From the NCBI GenBank assembly GCA_041666325.1, contig JBAYHC010000004.1:64929-128928 (forward strand): a stretch of 64,000 nucleotides of DNA, given 5' to 3'. The DNA is from Patescibacteria group bacterium (GTDB lineage: Bacteria > Patescibacteriota > UBA1384 > XYA2-FULL-43-10 > 1-14-0-10-43-13). Numbering within the stretch: position 1 is the first letter of the stretch; each line of letters begins with the position of its first letter. Below, piece by piece: positions 45,153-56,100 of this stretch. The notes beneath the pieces are model-generated. The model was not told the DNA's origin. It did no database searches and saw only the letters and a program-made list of their open reading frames with translations. The translations under genes and the position numbers were made by a program.

Positions 45153-46535
45153 TTACGATTCGAGCATTTGTAGTGCTCGATCAATTCTTTGCAATGATTC
45201 GGATTTGCCTAGCGCTATCAATAGTTCAACAGGCGATGGAGATTTCTCCTCACCAGAAAGCGCCACTCGAACAGGCCAAAAAACATCACCATTCGTTAGA
45301 TTCAAATCACTAACCACCCCCAGAAGTAAGTTTTGCAATTCTTCGTTGCTCCAAATATCTGTCGCCGCAAGCTTAACTCTTGCCTCTTTTAGTCCAGCAA
45401 GTGTTTTTACTTTGGTTGATTTCTTAAAGACGAGGAGATCGGCATCGTACCTTGGTTCACTGCGCAACTTCTCAATGGTGTCAACGATCTCTCTCAAGGT
45501 CTTGTAGCCGCCACGCTGGGCCAGAGCAATCTCGCCCTCAGTCGGGCACGGAAGACCAAAACCAGCCAACTCCACCGCAAGCCTTCCCGGATCTTGATCG
45601 CGAATATATTTTTCATTGATACTGTTGAGCTTGTCGACATCAAAAACAGCCGGAGACGTATTGATGTTTTCCAGACTAAACTCACGAATTAGCTGCTCTC
45701 TGGTAAATTCTTCTCTGTTGTCCTTAGGATTCCAGCCAAGAAGCACCAAAAAGTTAACGAGCGCATCTGGCAAATATCCAGCCTCCTTGTATTCAAGTGT
45801 TGATGTCGCCCCATGCCTCTTGGAGAGTTTCTTGCGGTCCGAACCAAGGATGAGCGGCAGATGAGCGAAGAGTGGTGGTTCCCAGCCAAAAGCTTTATAA
45901 AGTTCGATATGCTTAGGCGTTGAAGAGAGCCATTCTTCAGCCCGAATAACATGGCTAATCTCCATTTCATGATCGTCAACAACCGCTGCTAAATGATATG
46001 TTGGAAAGCCATCAGATTTTAAAATAACGGGATCATCAATCAAAGCGGCATCAAAGTCGATCCGACCCTTCACTAAATCGTTAACCTCAATAATCCCAGA
46101 ATGGGGCATCTTCAGACGGATGACACAGCCTTCTTTGTATTTGAGATCGAGATCACGGCATTGACGATCGTATTGAGGCGGAAGCTTTTTTTTCTCTTGC
46201 TCCTCCCGTAGTTTTTCCAGGCGATCCTTCGAGCATTCACAGACATAGGCAGAACCCTTTTCAACTAGCTCGAGAGCGTGTTTAAGATAGATATCTTTGC
46301 GTTCAGACTGAACCATCGGATTATCAAAGTTGTCGGGTGTTATCGAAAGCCAATTGAGAGAAGCGACAATCTGTTCAATTGCGCTCTCATCGTATCGCTC
46401 GCGGTCAGTGTCCTCGATACGCAACAAAAACTCGCCTCCGCTGTGCTGGGCGAAGAGATATGAAAACAGTGCCGACCTGACATTGCCGATATGCAGCTTG
46501 CCAGTCGGGCTTGGAGCGAATCGCGTTCTAATCAT
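45153..46535 (-). CDS. gltX: glutamate--tRNA ligase
   Basis: RFAPSPTG, HIGN, LRIEDTD, KLSKR. Confidence 0.97.
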   Translation of the reverse strand: MIRTRFAPSPTGKLHIGNVRSALFSYLFAQHSGGEFLLRIEDTDRERYDESAIEQIVASLNWLSITPDNFDNPMVQSERKDIYLKHALELVEKGSAYVCECSKDRLEKLREEQEKKKLPPQYDRQCRDLDLKYKEGCVIRLKMPHSGIIEVNDLVKGRIDFDAALIDDPVILKSDGFPTYHLAAVVDDHEMEISHVIRAEEWLSSTPKHIELYKAFGWEPPLFAHLPLILGSDRKKLSKRHGATSTLEYKEAGYLPDALVNFLVLLGWNPKDNREEFTREQLIREFSLENINTSPAVFDVDKLNSINEKYIRDQDPGRLAVELAGFGLPCPTEGEIALAQRGGYKTLREIVDTIEKLRSEPRYDADLLVFKKSTKVKTLAGLKEARVKLAATDIWSNEELQNLLLGVVSDLNLTNGDVFWPVRVALSGEEKSPSPVELLIALGKSESLQRIDRALQMLES

Positions 46536-46630
46536 GCTTTGATCTTAACATAATCTTGCCATTTTCTAAAGAGTAGGCTAGACTTTCAGCGAGCCTGTCA
46601 GCTATGACGGGTTTCGGCAAGGAGAAGACG

Positions 46631-47353
46631 ATGGCAGAACCAACCAGGGAAAACATTGCCAAAGCTTCAGACAAATTGATTATTCCTCCCGGAAGCCAAG
46701 TTAACAAGTATCTTGACTTGATCGATCGAGACAGCCAGGGTGATCACACAGGGCTTGGCCCTATCTATCATGGTCCAGACCTCGAGTTCACTTCCTATCC
46801 CGGCAGGAATCTGATAGTTGATGCGTATGTAATTGAGCGTGCCAGCATTCCGGAGCTCAAAGACCACTCCGTCACAGCTTATCGCAATTTGACCGGCTTC
46901 TCACTTGAAATGTTGCCCGGCATGATCGAGGCCACCATTCTGGCCGGGTCAGATCATCTGATCCTGCCATATCCCGGGACCAATAACTGGGATGAGCCTA
47001 AGAGATGGATGGTCGCCAAGAACAAAGCGGTCGAGGCGGCACAAAGGCCTAGTCAGCCGAAAACATACATGTGGTCTCCTCCGAGTCTGGGCGGCATTAT
47101 ATCTGGTGCTGCTGCCAGTTTCGGTTTCGATGGTATCATTACCCACTTTGGAGGTTTTCCTTCGGCCAAAAGCCAGTCCGAAGGAAAACAGGTTGAAATC
47201 ATCGTCGAGCTCGATGATGGCGATGAAGATACTGTTACCAAGGCCCTTCAGGCCGGAGCAGATAAAGTAATCGTTTACGGCCTTGATACGAGCACCGATC
47301 AGTGCGTTAAGCGAGTCCAAACCTTGATCAACGAGATCATCGCCACTCTTTAG
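46631..47353 (+). CDS. diverged TIM-barrel protein resembling orotidine-5'-phosphate decarboxylase (catalytic motif missing)
   Basis: DKLIIP start, AAASFGFDGII, TVTKALQAGADKVIV...INEI C-terminus; AAGGAG SD. Confidence 0.5.
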   Translation: MAEPTRENIAKASDKLIIPPGSQVNKYLDLIDRDSQGDHTGLGPIYHGPDLEFTSYPGRNLIVDAYVIERASIPELKDHSVTAYRNLTGFSLEMLPGMIEATILAGSDHLILPYPGTNNWDEPKRWMVAKNKAVEAAQRPSQPKTYMWSPPSLGGIISGAAASFGFDGIITHFGGFPSAKSQSEGKQVEIIVELDDGDEDTVTKALQAGADKVIVYGLDTSTDQCVKRVQTLINEIIATL

Positions 47354-47486
47354 TCCTCACTGACCATTTCGCCCCCCCGACGAGTCGGGGGAATCCCCAC
47401 ACTCATTGATCTTTTGTTCACATCCTTTTTCCCTGCGCCTGCCCCAGGCGCTTTTTTGAACAACAAAAAAGACGCCCGGAAGGACG

Positions 47487-47825
47487 TCATGGTTGGCCAA
47501 CTCTGCTTCGGACAGAGCTTAATATAAGACGGACAATTTCCCTCTCATCCAGTTCACCGGCCAAATATTGGTCCAGGATTTTGTGCAAACCAGGATAAGT
47601 TTCAAACAACTTGGCTATGGCTGCTCTCCTGCAGCTACAATATTCACACCGAATGATGTGTTCTTTTTTGAGTTCATCCAGTGCGTCACCACGGAGCAGG
47701 TCAACCAAAAGCACATGACTTGGGTCTTGATCAAATGCATGAATTTCTTCATCGGTAAATCGCCTGTTTGAATCAGGTGGGAGCATCCCACAAATAGTCC
47801 TTTCCATTGAGTCGCCGTGTCCCAT
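47487..47825 (-). CDS. hypothetical protein with zf-HC2 (anti-sigma zinc finger)-like motif
   Basis: EHIIRCEYC (HxxxCxxC) and YLAGELDERE. Confidence 0.6.
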   Translation of the reverse strand: MGHGDSMERTICGMLPPDSNRRFTDEEIHAFDQDPSHVLLVDLLRGDALDELKKEHIIRCEYCSCRRAAIAKLFETYPGLHKILDQYLAGELDEREIVRLILSSVRSRVGQP

Positions 47826-47970
47826 ACGATCACCCCCTCTCCTCCCTATTCGTTATCATAGATAATTATGATGTCTTTGTCAATGTAGACCAAATTGCCT
47901 GGCCCCGCTTGATTCAAAAGCTGTGACTGTGATAGGTTAAAAACATAATTACCACTCATTGGAGGTTAGG

Positions 47971-48861
47971 ATGGAAGGACTTAGGCCACCAGATGGAGAA
48001 ATCAAGGTAGATGAAAATCTTGATCTCTATTCATTGCCACGCGAAAAACGCCCGCCTACCGAAAAAACACCGTCTTCTATCAAAGAGTTAGCAGAAACAC
48101 GCCAGAAACTCCTGGAAACAACAGCATTGTTGTCTCATCCAGAATTCCAAAGGGAACTTTATCAGTTCAGCAAAGCTATAGCCGAGTTCATTCATCGCAA
48201 GCAGATTCCGCATACCGTTCTTCTAGACCGATCTGCCCGGCCAATATACGTTGGAGTAATCGAATACTGGCGCCGCAGATATCAAGAAGAGCCCTTACCA
48301 CAAATTCACTTTGTCAACCCAGATGGGTTCAAAGCAGCAAATAGACTTGGTGTCCAACAAATGTTAAAAGTGGCCACAGACTCTATGCTAAAACAGGACG
48401 TTGTTTACAACCCCTTTGATATGCGTGAAAGCAGTGAAATTATTGAGGAATTTCAAAGGACATATCATCGGCTGTACGCAGATAGGGACAAACCCGTGCT
48501 CATCATGGATGTCTGCTCGCATAGCGGCGAAGCAATCAGACATGTCAAAACGATCTTCCAAGAAGCGGGTTTCAGCAACCTAGCGGTTGCCACCGTAAGC
48601 CCACCAGATGATCCCAACAACGATGTCGTAGATCTAGTTATATCCGACAGAGAAGCAACTGCAGGTTGCTACCCATTTGGCCATGATACTATGGTTACTA
48701 AAAACATAAAGCGTACTTACTCAGACCCAAATCCGGCTTGGGGCGCACATCAGCTAGCCGGAACTCTTCGAAGAAACATTAAGAAAGTTGTTGGTGAGTG
48801 CTACAAATTAGACCACCAACAAGTCACCCTACAACGCCAACTCAAAACACAGCATTTCTAA
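47971..48861 (+). CDS. hypothetical protein with phosphoribosyltransferase-like motif
   Basis: LLDRSARP and VLIMDVCSHSGEAI (PRPP-loop-like); GGAGG SD. Confidence 0.6.
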   Translation: MEGLRPPDGEIKVDENLDLYSLPREKRPPTEKTPSSIKELAETRQKLLETTALLSHPEFQRELYQFSKAIAEFIHRKQIPHTVLLDRSARPIYVGVIEYWRRRYQEEPLPQIHFVNPDGFKAANRLGVQQMLKVATDSMLKQDVVYNPFDMRESSEIIEEFQRTYHRLYADRDKPVLIMDVCSHSGEAIRHVKTIFQEAGFSNLAVATVSPPDDPNNDVVDLVISDREATAGCYPFGHDTMVTKNIKRTYSDPNPAWGAHQLAGTLRRNIKKVVGECYKLDHQQVTLQRQLKTQHF

Positions 48862-49204
48862 TGTGATCAATCTTCGGTTCGCCATCGCCAAACTCAATAC
48901 CGATTACATCAATCCGAATGGTTCTGTTCGGATATTTTTGCTCGAGCGCTCTGGCTAGCATTTTGAGCTTTTGTTGTTTTTTGAAACGCACCAGCTCTTG
49001 GGCCAAGCCAAATCCAGTACCACGGACAGTTTTAACCTCGACAATGACGATAACTTGGTGATCTTCAGCCAGAATATCAATCTCGCCAAAGGAAAAATTT
49101 ATATTCCGGCCCAATATTTTATAACCCAGAGCCAACAGATACTTTTCTGCCTCGTTCTCACCTCTTGCACCCGTGCTCTTGTTTTTCGTCTTGTCAAACA
49201 TCAT
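48842..49204 (-). CDS. yraN: YraN family endonuclease-fold protein
   Basis: GARGENEA, GEIDILA, VEVKT, RIDVIGI, HIRNAF-like end. Confidence 0.92.
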   Translation of the reverse strand: MMFDKTKNKSTGARGENEAEKYLLALGYKILGRNINFSFGEIDILAEDHQVIVIVEVKTVRGTGFGLAQELVRFKKQQKLKMLARALEQKYPNRTIRIDVIGIEFGDGEPKIDHIRNAVF

Positions 49205-49240
49205 AGTAATGAAAAGTTAAAAAATTTAATAAGGAGGAAA

Positions 49241-49492
49241 ATGCCCCTAACTGAAGCCCCCTCGATGTTACCGCAAGATCCTGAGATGGGAAAACCGCTG
49301 GAAAGCCGCCCTGTGGCAATCAGGCGTTTGGAGCGCGAAATTGCCATTGTTGAGGGATGCCTGGATTACGAGATAGGCTCTGAACCAAACGAATACAGCC
49401 ACCCGCTCACTGTCAATAAATCACACACTGAGCTGTTGGACATGCTAAAACAACGCAAACGAGAACTGGATGATCTAATTGCCAACAGATAG
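49241..49492 (+). CDS. hypothetical protein
   Basis: ATG after AAGGAGG; 83-aa helical product (3' part of the 48971 ORF). Confidence 0.6.
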   Translation: MPLTEAPSMLPQDPEMGKPLESRPVAIRRLEREIAIVEGCLDYEIGSEPNEYSHPLTVNKSHTELLDMLKQRKRELDDLIANR

Positions 49493-49541
49493 CGGCGTGG
49501 TTGCGTTCCCCTTTCTACTTTCTATTCTCAGCCTTACATAA

Positions 49542-49748
49542 TCAGCCTCTGCCCTCCTGATTTAGAATTTTAATCTGTCTCTCCAAAAAATCCAAACGGT
49601 GCCTGACATCGGCCAGCTCTTTGGCGAAAGCAATATCATCATCATACGAGCGTTTTTCGATACTATCGATCTTTGTGATAATCTCGCCCAAATCAGCGCG
49701 CAGCTCCTTGATCTCTCCTTTGACGGAAATAAGCTCTTTCTCAATCAT
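49542..49748 (-). CDS. small coiled-coil protein
   Basis: 68-aa heptad-patterned sequence; AAGGGA upstream. Confidence 0.6.
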   Translation of the reverse strand: MIEKELISVKGEIKELRADLGEIITKIDSIEKRSYDDDIAFAKELADVRHRLDFLERQIKILNQEGRG

Positions 49749-49816
49749 AATTTTCCCTTCGTCATTAACATCAAAAACGGCTTTTCAGTATAGCACGAAT
49801 GTTGTATTTTTAGACT

Positions 49817-50248
49817 ATGAAAGCAGGCAAAGATTTTATCGGCGTGGGTTGTGGAGCATTAATCGTTAATGACAAAGGCGAGACTTTATTGATGAAGCGT
49901 GCAGCCAAAAGTAAGAACGAAGTGGGCTACTGGACTAAGCCCGGCGGCACTATTGAGTTTGGAGAAACTGTAGCCGAGGCTATCAAGCGCGAAGTGAAAG
50001 AAGAGCTAGGTATCGAAGTCGAACTGACAGATTTCATCAACTATACCGACCACATCATTGCCGAAGAAGAACAGCACTGGATTGCGATCAATTATGCAGC
50101 GAGAATTATCCGCGGCAAACCCAGAATAATGGAACCAGAAAAAGCGGAAGAAATCCGCTGGTTTCCACTGGATGAATTGCCTGACAAGATCTCCCAGACT
50201 ACCATTGAGCCAGCAGAAGTCTATCTAGATAAACACAAAGGAACATAG
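49817..50248 (+). CDS. NUDIX hydrolase
   Basis: Nudix box GGTIEFGETVAEAIKREVKEELG. Confidence 0.95.
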   Translation: MKAGKDFIGVGCGALIVNDKGETLLMKRAAKSKNEVGYWTKPGGTIEFGETVAEAIKREVKEELGIEVELTDFINYTDHIIAEEEQHWIAINYAARIIRGKPRIMEPEKAEEIRWFPLDELPDKISQTTIEPAEVYLDKHKGT

Positions 50249-50249
50249 T

Positions 50250-50471
50250 ATGAGTGAGCAACTTGGCCCGATTCCAGCAGAAGAGCAAATGCTTCAGATT
50301 GAAAAGGAAATCAATCGAAGAATGCTCGAGATGAGGGAAATTATTCAAAAGAGTCCACACGGTCGTGCTTCTGGGCATCTCTATCTTAGCCACCCGGTTA
50401 TCCGCAGGCTTGATGACGAAATTGCAGACTTAAAAACTAAACTAGAAGATTTAAAAAGTGAAACTGCCTAG
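50250..50471 (+). CDS. hypothetical protein
   Basis: 73-aa helical ORF starting 1 nt after the NUDIX stop. Confidence 0.6.
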   Translation: MSEQLGPIPAEEQMLQIEKEINRRMLEMREIIQKSPHGRASGHLYLSHPVIRRLDDEIADLKTKLEDLKSETA

Positions 50472-50649
50472 CTAGTATCTTGTTAAAACAAAAATGCCCC
50501 AATCGGTTGACTCGGCCAGGTACCAGGTGGTACAAGGTTTCGCTTGGACTAGGGCATTCATTAATTGTATTATATCACATCGCTTCCGCTTGTGCCTGAT
50601 TGAGCGTAATTTGAGAAGCACATGTATAAAATGTTGCGGCAGGAGAGGA

Positions 50650-51147
50650 TTATTCCTTAATTCGATCTCCGGCAGCTATTCTTGCTTTGCGCTCAATTTC
50701 CTCTTCCTCGGCCTTTTTCTTGGCCTCGGCCTCGGCGGCTTCCTTGGCCTTTTCCTCAGCAATTCTAGCTATCTCTTCCTCTGCCTCTTTCTCTTCCCAG
50801 ACAACCAAATCTCGATTTACTTCCTTGAGTCTGGCGTTTTTGCCGGTAAGCTCTCTCATGAAGTAGAGCTTACTGCGACGGACTTTGGATTGTTTGATGC
50901 GCTCGACTTTAACGATCTTTGGTGAATGAATTGGGAAGGTTCTCTCGACGCCAACACTAAAGGATTCTTTTCGGACAGTAAACGTACCGTCAAGACCATT
51001 GCCGTGTTTGGTAGCAATCACAAGGCCCTCAAAAATCTGAACACGTTCTTTGCCTGCTTCTCGGACGAGAAGGTGGACACGGACAGTGTCGCCACTAGCG
51101 ACGGCCGGAGCATTCTTTTTGGTATATTTTTCGAGTAATTTTTCCAT
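50650..51147 (-). CDS. rplS: 50S ribosomal protein L19 with C-terminal charged extension
   Basis: GDTVRVH...ERVQIFEGLVI...GVERTFPIHSP...VRRSKLYFMR. Confidence 0.96.
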   Translation of the reverse strand: MEKLLEKYTKKNAPAVASGDTVRVHLLVREAGKERVQIFEGLVIATKHGNGLDGTFTVRKESFSVGVERTFPIHSPKIVKVERIKQSKVRRSKLYFMRELTGKNARLKEVNRDLVVWEEKEAEEEIARIAEEKAKEAAEAEAKKKAEEEEIERKARIAAGDRIKE

Positions 51148-51155
51148 GTCAGTGC

Positions 51156-51446
51156 TTATTTAGCTGATTCCTGTGAAACAACGTGAACGAATGTTCGTTT
51201 TTCTTTGTTTCCATTAAATGCAGTTGCTCTTTTTTGTTGGAACTTGACTGTGCCTGAGGCTAGAGCAAACAATGTGTCATCGCCACCCCGACCAACATTG
51301 TCACCAGGGTGATATTTGGTGCCACGTTGGCGAATAATGATACCACCAGCCGAGACTCTCTGGTCACCAAAAATCTTGACTCCAAGCATCTTTGGATTCG
51401 AATCTCGTCCTAGTCTTGTACTACCACCGGCTTTTTTATGGGCCAC
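51156..51446 (-). CDS. rpmA: 50S ribosomal protein L27
   Basis: [16 protein letters not shown]...RQRGTK. Confidence 0.97.
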   Translation of the reverse strand: MAHKKAGGSTRLGRDSNPKMLGVKIFGDQRVSAGGIIIRQRGTKYHPGDNVGRGGDDTLFALASGTVKFQQKRATAFNGNKEKRTFVHVVSQESAK

Positions 51447-51470
51447 AGCAACTCCTCTGGGGATGAAATC

Positions 51471-52727
51471 TTAGCTCTTGTTCCCCAAAAACACAATTTT
51501 ACGTTTAACTACCTGATAATCCCTGCCATAAATTAATGGCGGACGTATATCAATATAACCTAATTTTTTAATCTCGTCAACACTCTCCTCAAATAAATCA
51601 AAACGATTAGTGTCAGAGGTCTCGACGAGAGGGAAAACAAGACACAAGTTTGATAGCGCGAGCACATTGGCATCAGACAATTTTTTGATATTTTGCAAAA
51701 ATTTAATATATATATCTTTAATCTTTCTGTATTCACCCCTGGCACTGTTCAATGATGGCTTAAACTTCTTCGGTTGACCAAGATATGGCTCAGTGATAAT
51801 AAAGCTTTTTAGTTTTAGGCTCTCTGCCTTGGAGCTCAACCAGTTTAAAAGCTCATTCGTAGTTGCATCAATCTGTTCAATATCAATGATCGAACTCGCT
51901 AAATCAGGAAATCTGCCAGCAAGCCATTCTAGATTTTGTTTTGTATCGAGTACCGCCTTGCTAGAAACATCGCTGCCAGCCACATCGTACCCAAGCAATA
52001 GAGCCTCTATCAAGATATTACCGGAGCCACAAAAAGGATCGATTACCACGCTCTTGATCTCAATATTTTCGTTTTTCAGCGCAAGACTGTTCTCTTCTGT
52101 CGCAATATTAACCAACATTCTTGCCAATTTAGGCGGCACCATGCCTGAGTAGCGGTCCCCTGCCGGCTTGCCATAATCACGCTCGCCCCACTCCTCGGGG
52201 TTATTTAGTGCAATTAGAGCTCCGACACCAGACTCAAAAAGGCCAATTTCGATACCTCCGTCTATCAGCTTGTTTTTAAGAACAACGATCGACGACAGCT
52301 CGTTACTATCACGCAGAGCAACGAAGCGCGAGTTTATGCCCGCCTTTTTGAGCTCTTTTTTTACCTCAAGACCGAGAGAGTTTACTCCCCACTGCGACAA
52401 CTTCCTGGTGTATGATGAAATACCAAAGTCCGTCTTACCAGATTTGTTGGGCCGGCACTCTGCAATAGCCTTCGCAAGATCGGTTTTTGTGCTATTTGGG
52501 CCCGGTATCAACTGAAAAATCTTAACCACGCCAGCCAAAACTTCAATTAACTTTGCAACATCTTCCTCTGACTTGTCAACGTTGGCAAAAACAACGTTTC
52601 CCGATACACTGGTGACATCAAAACAAAAATCAAAGCGGTGAAAAACCGCTTTTAATTCCTCCAGGGCCAGCTCGCGTTCCCGCCCCAAAACAAAAGCAAA
52701 TGTATTTTGGCTCACAATAGAACTCAT
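51471..52727 (-). CDS. SAM-dependent RNA methyltransferase (Trm11/UPF0020-like)
   Basis: GMVPPKLARMLVN, DPFCGSGNILIEA, ITEPYLG. Confidence 0.85.
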   Translation of the reverse strand: MSSIVSQNTFAFVLGRERELALEELKAVFHRFDFCFDVTSVSGNVVFANVDKSEEDVAKLIEVLAGVVKIFQLIPGPNSTKTDLAKAIAECRPNKSGKTDFGISSYTRKLSQWGVNSLGLEVKKELKKAGINSRFVALRDSNELSSIVVLKNKLIDGGIEIGLFESGVGALIALNNPEEWGERDYGKPAGDRYSGMVPPKLARMLVNIATEENSLALKNENIEIKSVVIDPFCGSGNILIEALLLGYDVAGSDVSSKAVLDTKQNLEWLAGRFPDLASSIIDIEQIDATTNELLNWLSSKAESLKLKSFIITEPYLGQPKKFKPSLNSARGEYRKIKDIYIKFLQNIKKLSDANVLALSNLCLVFPLVETSDTNRFDLFEESVDEIKKLGYIDIRPPLIYGRDYQVVKRKIVFLGNKS

Positions 52728-52857
52728 AGTGCTCTTACTATACCAGAAATTATATCGTTTGTCACTCGGTTAGTTTTGTTAAAAAAGGGGGCATCTCCAC
52801 GTGGATAGCCCCGACGGCGTTGAGGGCTCACGCCCCCATGCGAGTCCAGGCTCGCAT

Positions 52858-53067
52858 TCAGTCCTTCATCCCAGCCGTGCGACGACTGAGCACAATCTGC
52901 TCGGGATCTTGGCCCACTCCCCATGCTTCCTCACCCTTGTCGTGGGCCTTTGCCGAACTCGGTCTCTCGTCGACAGCTACCGTAGCCGACACGGGGAAGA
53001 GTAGCACTGCGGCTCTTCCGCGTACATTGTGGCCGGCAGCCGCACCTCGAACGCTCCGACTCGCCAT
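52858..53067 (-). CDS. possible small hypothetical protein
   Basis: ATG preceded by GGAGGTG; hairpin/T-tract further downstream; no homology recognised. Confidence 0.35.
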   Translation of the reverse strand: MASRSVRGAAAGHNVRGRAAVLLFPVSATVAVDERPSSAKAHDKGEEAWGVGQDPEQIVLSRRTAGMKD

Positions 53068-53130
53068 GGCACACCTCCCAATGATGATCTATGTCATCCA
53101 TAGTATATTAATTAATCCCCAACATCAAGA

Positions 53131-56100
53131 ATGGACGATCAAGAAAAAAAATTTGTCCACCTCCATGTCCATAGCCATTTCTCCATGCTCGATGGTATGG
53201 GTAAGATTCCCGATCTTGTCGCCAAGGCCAAGGCCGAGGGCCAGCATGCGCTCGCTCTTACCGACCATGGCGTCATGCACGGATCGATTGAATTCTATGA
53301 GGAGTGCGAGAAACAGGGTATCAAGCCATTGATCGGCGTTGAGACCTACGTTGCTGCCAGAACACTGCGGGACAAAACTCCGCGCATTGACGCCCACCCT
53401 TATCACCTTGTACTCATCGCCAAGAACGACGAAGGATATCGAAACTTGCTCAAGCTAACCTCGATTGCACACCTTGAGGGCTATTACTACAAGCCTCGCA
53501 TTGACAAAGAAACTTTGCGCCAGCACTCGAAGGGCGTAATAGGCCTCTCTGCCTGCCTGCAAGGCGAGGTCACGCGAAAATCGCTCGAAAGCCTGGACAA
53601 AGCCCGCGAAGCACTCAAGGAATATTTGGAAATCTTCGAGCCTGGAGATTTTTACCTCGAGGTCCAAAAGCACCCCTCAATTCGAGAGCAGGAAACAGCC
53701 AATGCAAATATCTTTACGCTTGCAAAAGAGTTCAACCTGAAGGTCGTGGCGACGTGCGACACTCATTATGTCAACAAAGAGGACGCCATCGCCCAGGACG
53801 CCCTGATCTGCCTTCAGACAGGCAGGCTCCTGTCAGACACCAATCGGATGTCGATGGCAGACGATGACTATTCTCTGATGACAACCGATCAAATGCTAGC
53901 CAACTTTCCAGACAACCCCGAGGTTATCACCAATACAGTCGAGATTGCAGACAAGTGTAGCCTCACCATGGAGCTAGGTAAGTTTAAATTCCCCGAGTTT
54001 CCATTACCGGAAGGCGAAACTTATGAATCATATTTGCGCAAACTGATTGACGAGAGACTGCCACAAAGAGTCGGGGAAATCACGCCCAGCATGAGAGAGC
54101 GTCTGGAATACGAACTAGATGTTATCAAACAAAAAGGATATCTGGGATACTTTCTCATTGTTCAAGATTTCTTCAACTGGGCCAAGGAGCATGGAATCCC
54201 GACCAATACGAGAGGCTCGGCCGCTGGTTGTTTTGTCTCTTACGCTGTGGGTATAACTCCAAAGCAGCTAAACCCACTGGACTACAATTTGCCCTTCGAG
54301 CGCTTTTTGAACCCTTTCCGACCCTCGGCGCCTGATATTGACGCTGACATTGCTGATTCCGGACGTGACGCCATTATCCAATATGTGTCGGACAGATACG
54401 GCAAAGACCACGTGGCCCAAATTATCACCTTTGGTACCATGGCTGCCCGCATGGCAGTCAGAGACGTCGGCCGAGTGCTCGGCATGACCTATAACGAGGT
54501 CGACATAATAGCCAAACTGATTCCGCCGATGAAAACGACTCTTGATCAGGCGCTCGAAAACATCGCGGAGCTAAAAAGTCTCTACAATTCAGACGGGCAC
54601 GTCAGGCAGTGCATAGACATCGCCAGGAAGCTTGAGGGTGTTGTTCGCCACGCCTCCGTTCACGCTGCCGGCGTCGTGATAGCGCCCGAGGATATCACCA
54701 ATTTCACCCCTGTTATGATGGATGCCAAAAACGAACGGCTTATCACTCAATACGAGATGCACGCGGTAGGTGAGGATGGCGTAGGATTGATCAAGATGGA
54801 CTTTCTGGGATTGGCCAACTTGTCAATCATCCAAAATGCTCTGCGCATCATTCGAAAAACAAGAGGCACCGAGATAAACCTCGATGAAATCCCCCTGGAC
54901 GACAAAAAAGCCTTTGAGCTCCTCTCCCGCGGCGAGACAATCGGCGTCTTCCAGTTGGAAAGTGAGGGCATGAGAAAAAATATCAAGGAGCTTCGCCCGA
55001 CAAGCATTCACGATATCATGGCCATGGTCGCCCTATATCGTCCTGGCCCAATGGCGTTCATCCCTGAGTATATTGCCCGAAAACGCAATCCGGCACGAAT
55101 TGTTTATCCTGACGCCCGCATGGAAAAAATTCTTGCCAAGTCTCTTGGCTTAATCGTCTACCAAGACGATGTTTTGATGATCGCAATCGAGCTTGCCGGA
55201 TACAACTGGCAAGAGGTTGACAAGTTTAGAAAGGCTATCGGCAAAAAGATTATCAAGGAGATGGCCGCGCAAAAAGAGAAATTCTTCAAACAGATCATCG
55301 AGCGAGGCATGCAGCAAGAAGTAGCGACTGAACTCTGGGCACAGATCGAGACATTCGCCGGCTACGGTTTCAACAAGGCCCATGCTGCGAGTTATGGTAT
55401 TGTCGCATATCAAACCGCCTACCTCAAGGCCAACTATCCGCCGGAATACATGTCCGCTCTCATGACCTCGAACAAGGACGACCTTGACAAGCTGGCAATG
55501 GAGATAGAAGAGTGCAAACGAATGGGTATCGAGGTTATGGTTCCCTCCATCAACGAATCCTTCGTTGACTTCGGCGTGGTCAAGGACACAAACAACGTTC
55601 GCTTTGGCCTGTCCGCCATCAAAAACGTTGGCCAGGCCGTTGCCGAAGCAATCGTTGAGGAGAGAAAAAACGGTGGCAACTACAAAGACTTGAAGGATTT
55701 TGTCACCAGGCTCGACTCGAAGGTAATTAATAAAAAGTCTCTGGAATCGCTTGTTATGGCTGGAGCGATGGAGGATCTGGGTGAGCGTGCCGAGCTGCTC
55801 TTCAACATGGAGAAGATCCTCGCTTTTGCAAGCATCTTTCACAAAAATAAATCTGCCGGACAATCATCTCTCTTTGGCGACTCAACCGAAGTGCAGATAG
55901 GCGATATTCCGCTCGAGGCCACAAGACCGGCAGACCAGAAACAGCGCTTGGCCTGGGAGCGGGAGCTGCTTGGCATGTACATCTCCGAACACCCCCTTTC
56001 AAATATCGGGCCCCTGCTTGAACAGGCCCGCACCAAAGCACTGTCAGAGATCAAGGAGAACCTGGAAAACCAATTTGTCAGAGTTTCGGGCATAATCACG

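Noticed and set aside
48971-49240. 5' part of the 173-aa plus-strand ORF
   Set aside because: Antisense to yraN; the plausible gene starts at 49241 after AAGGAGG
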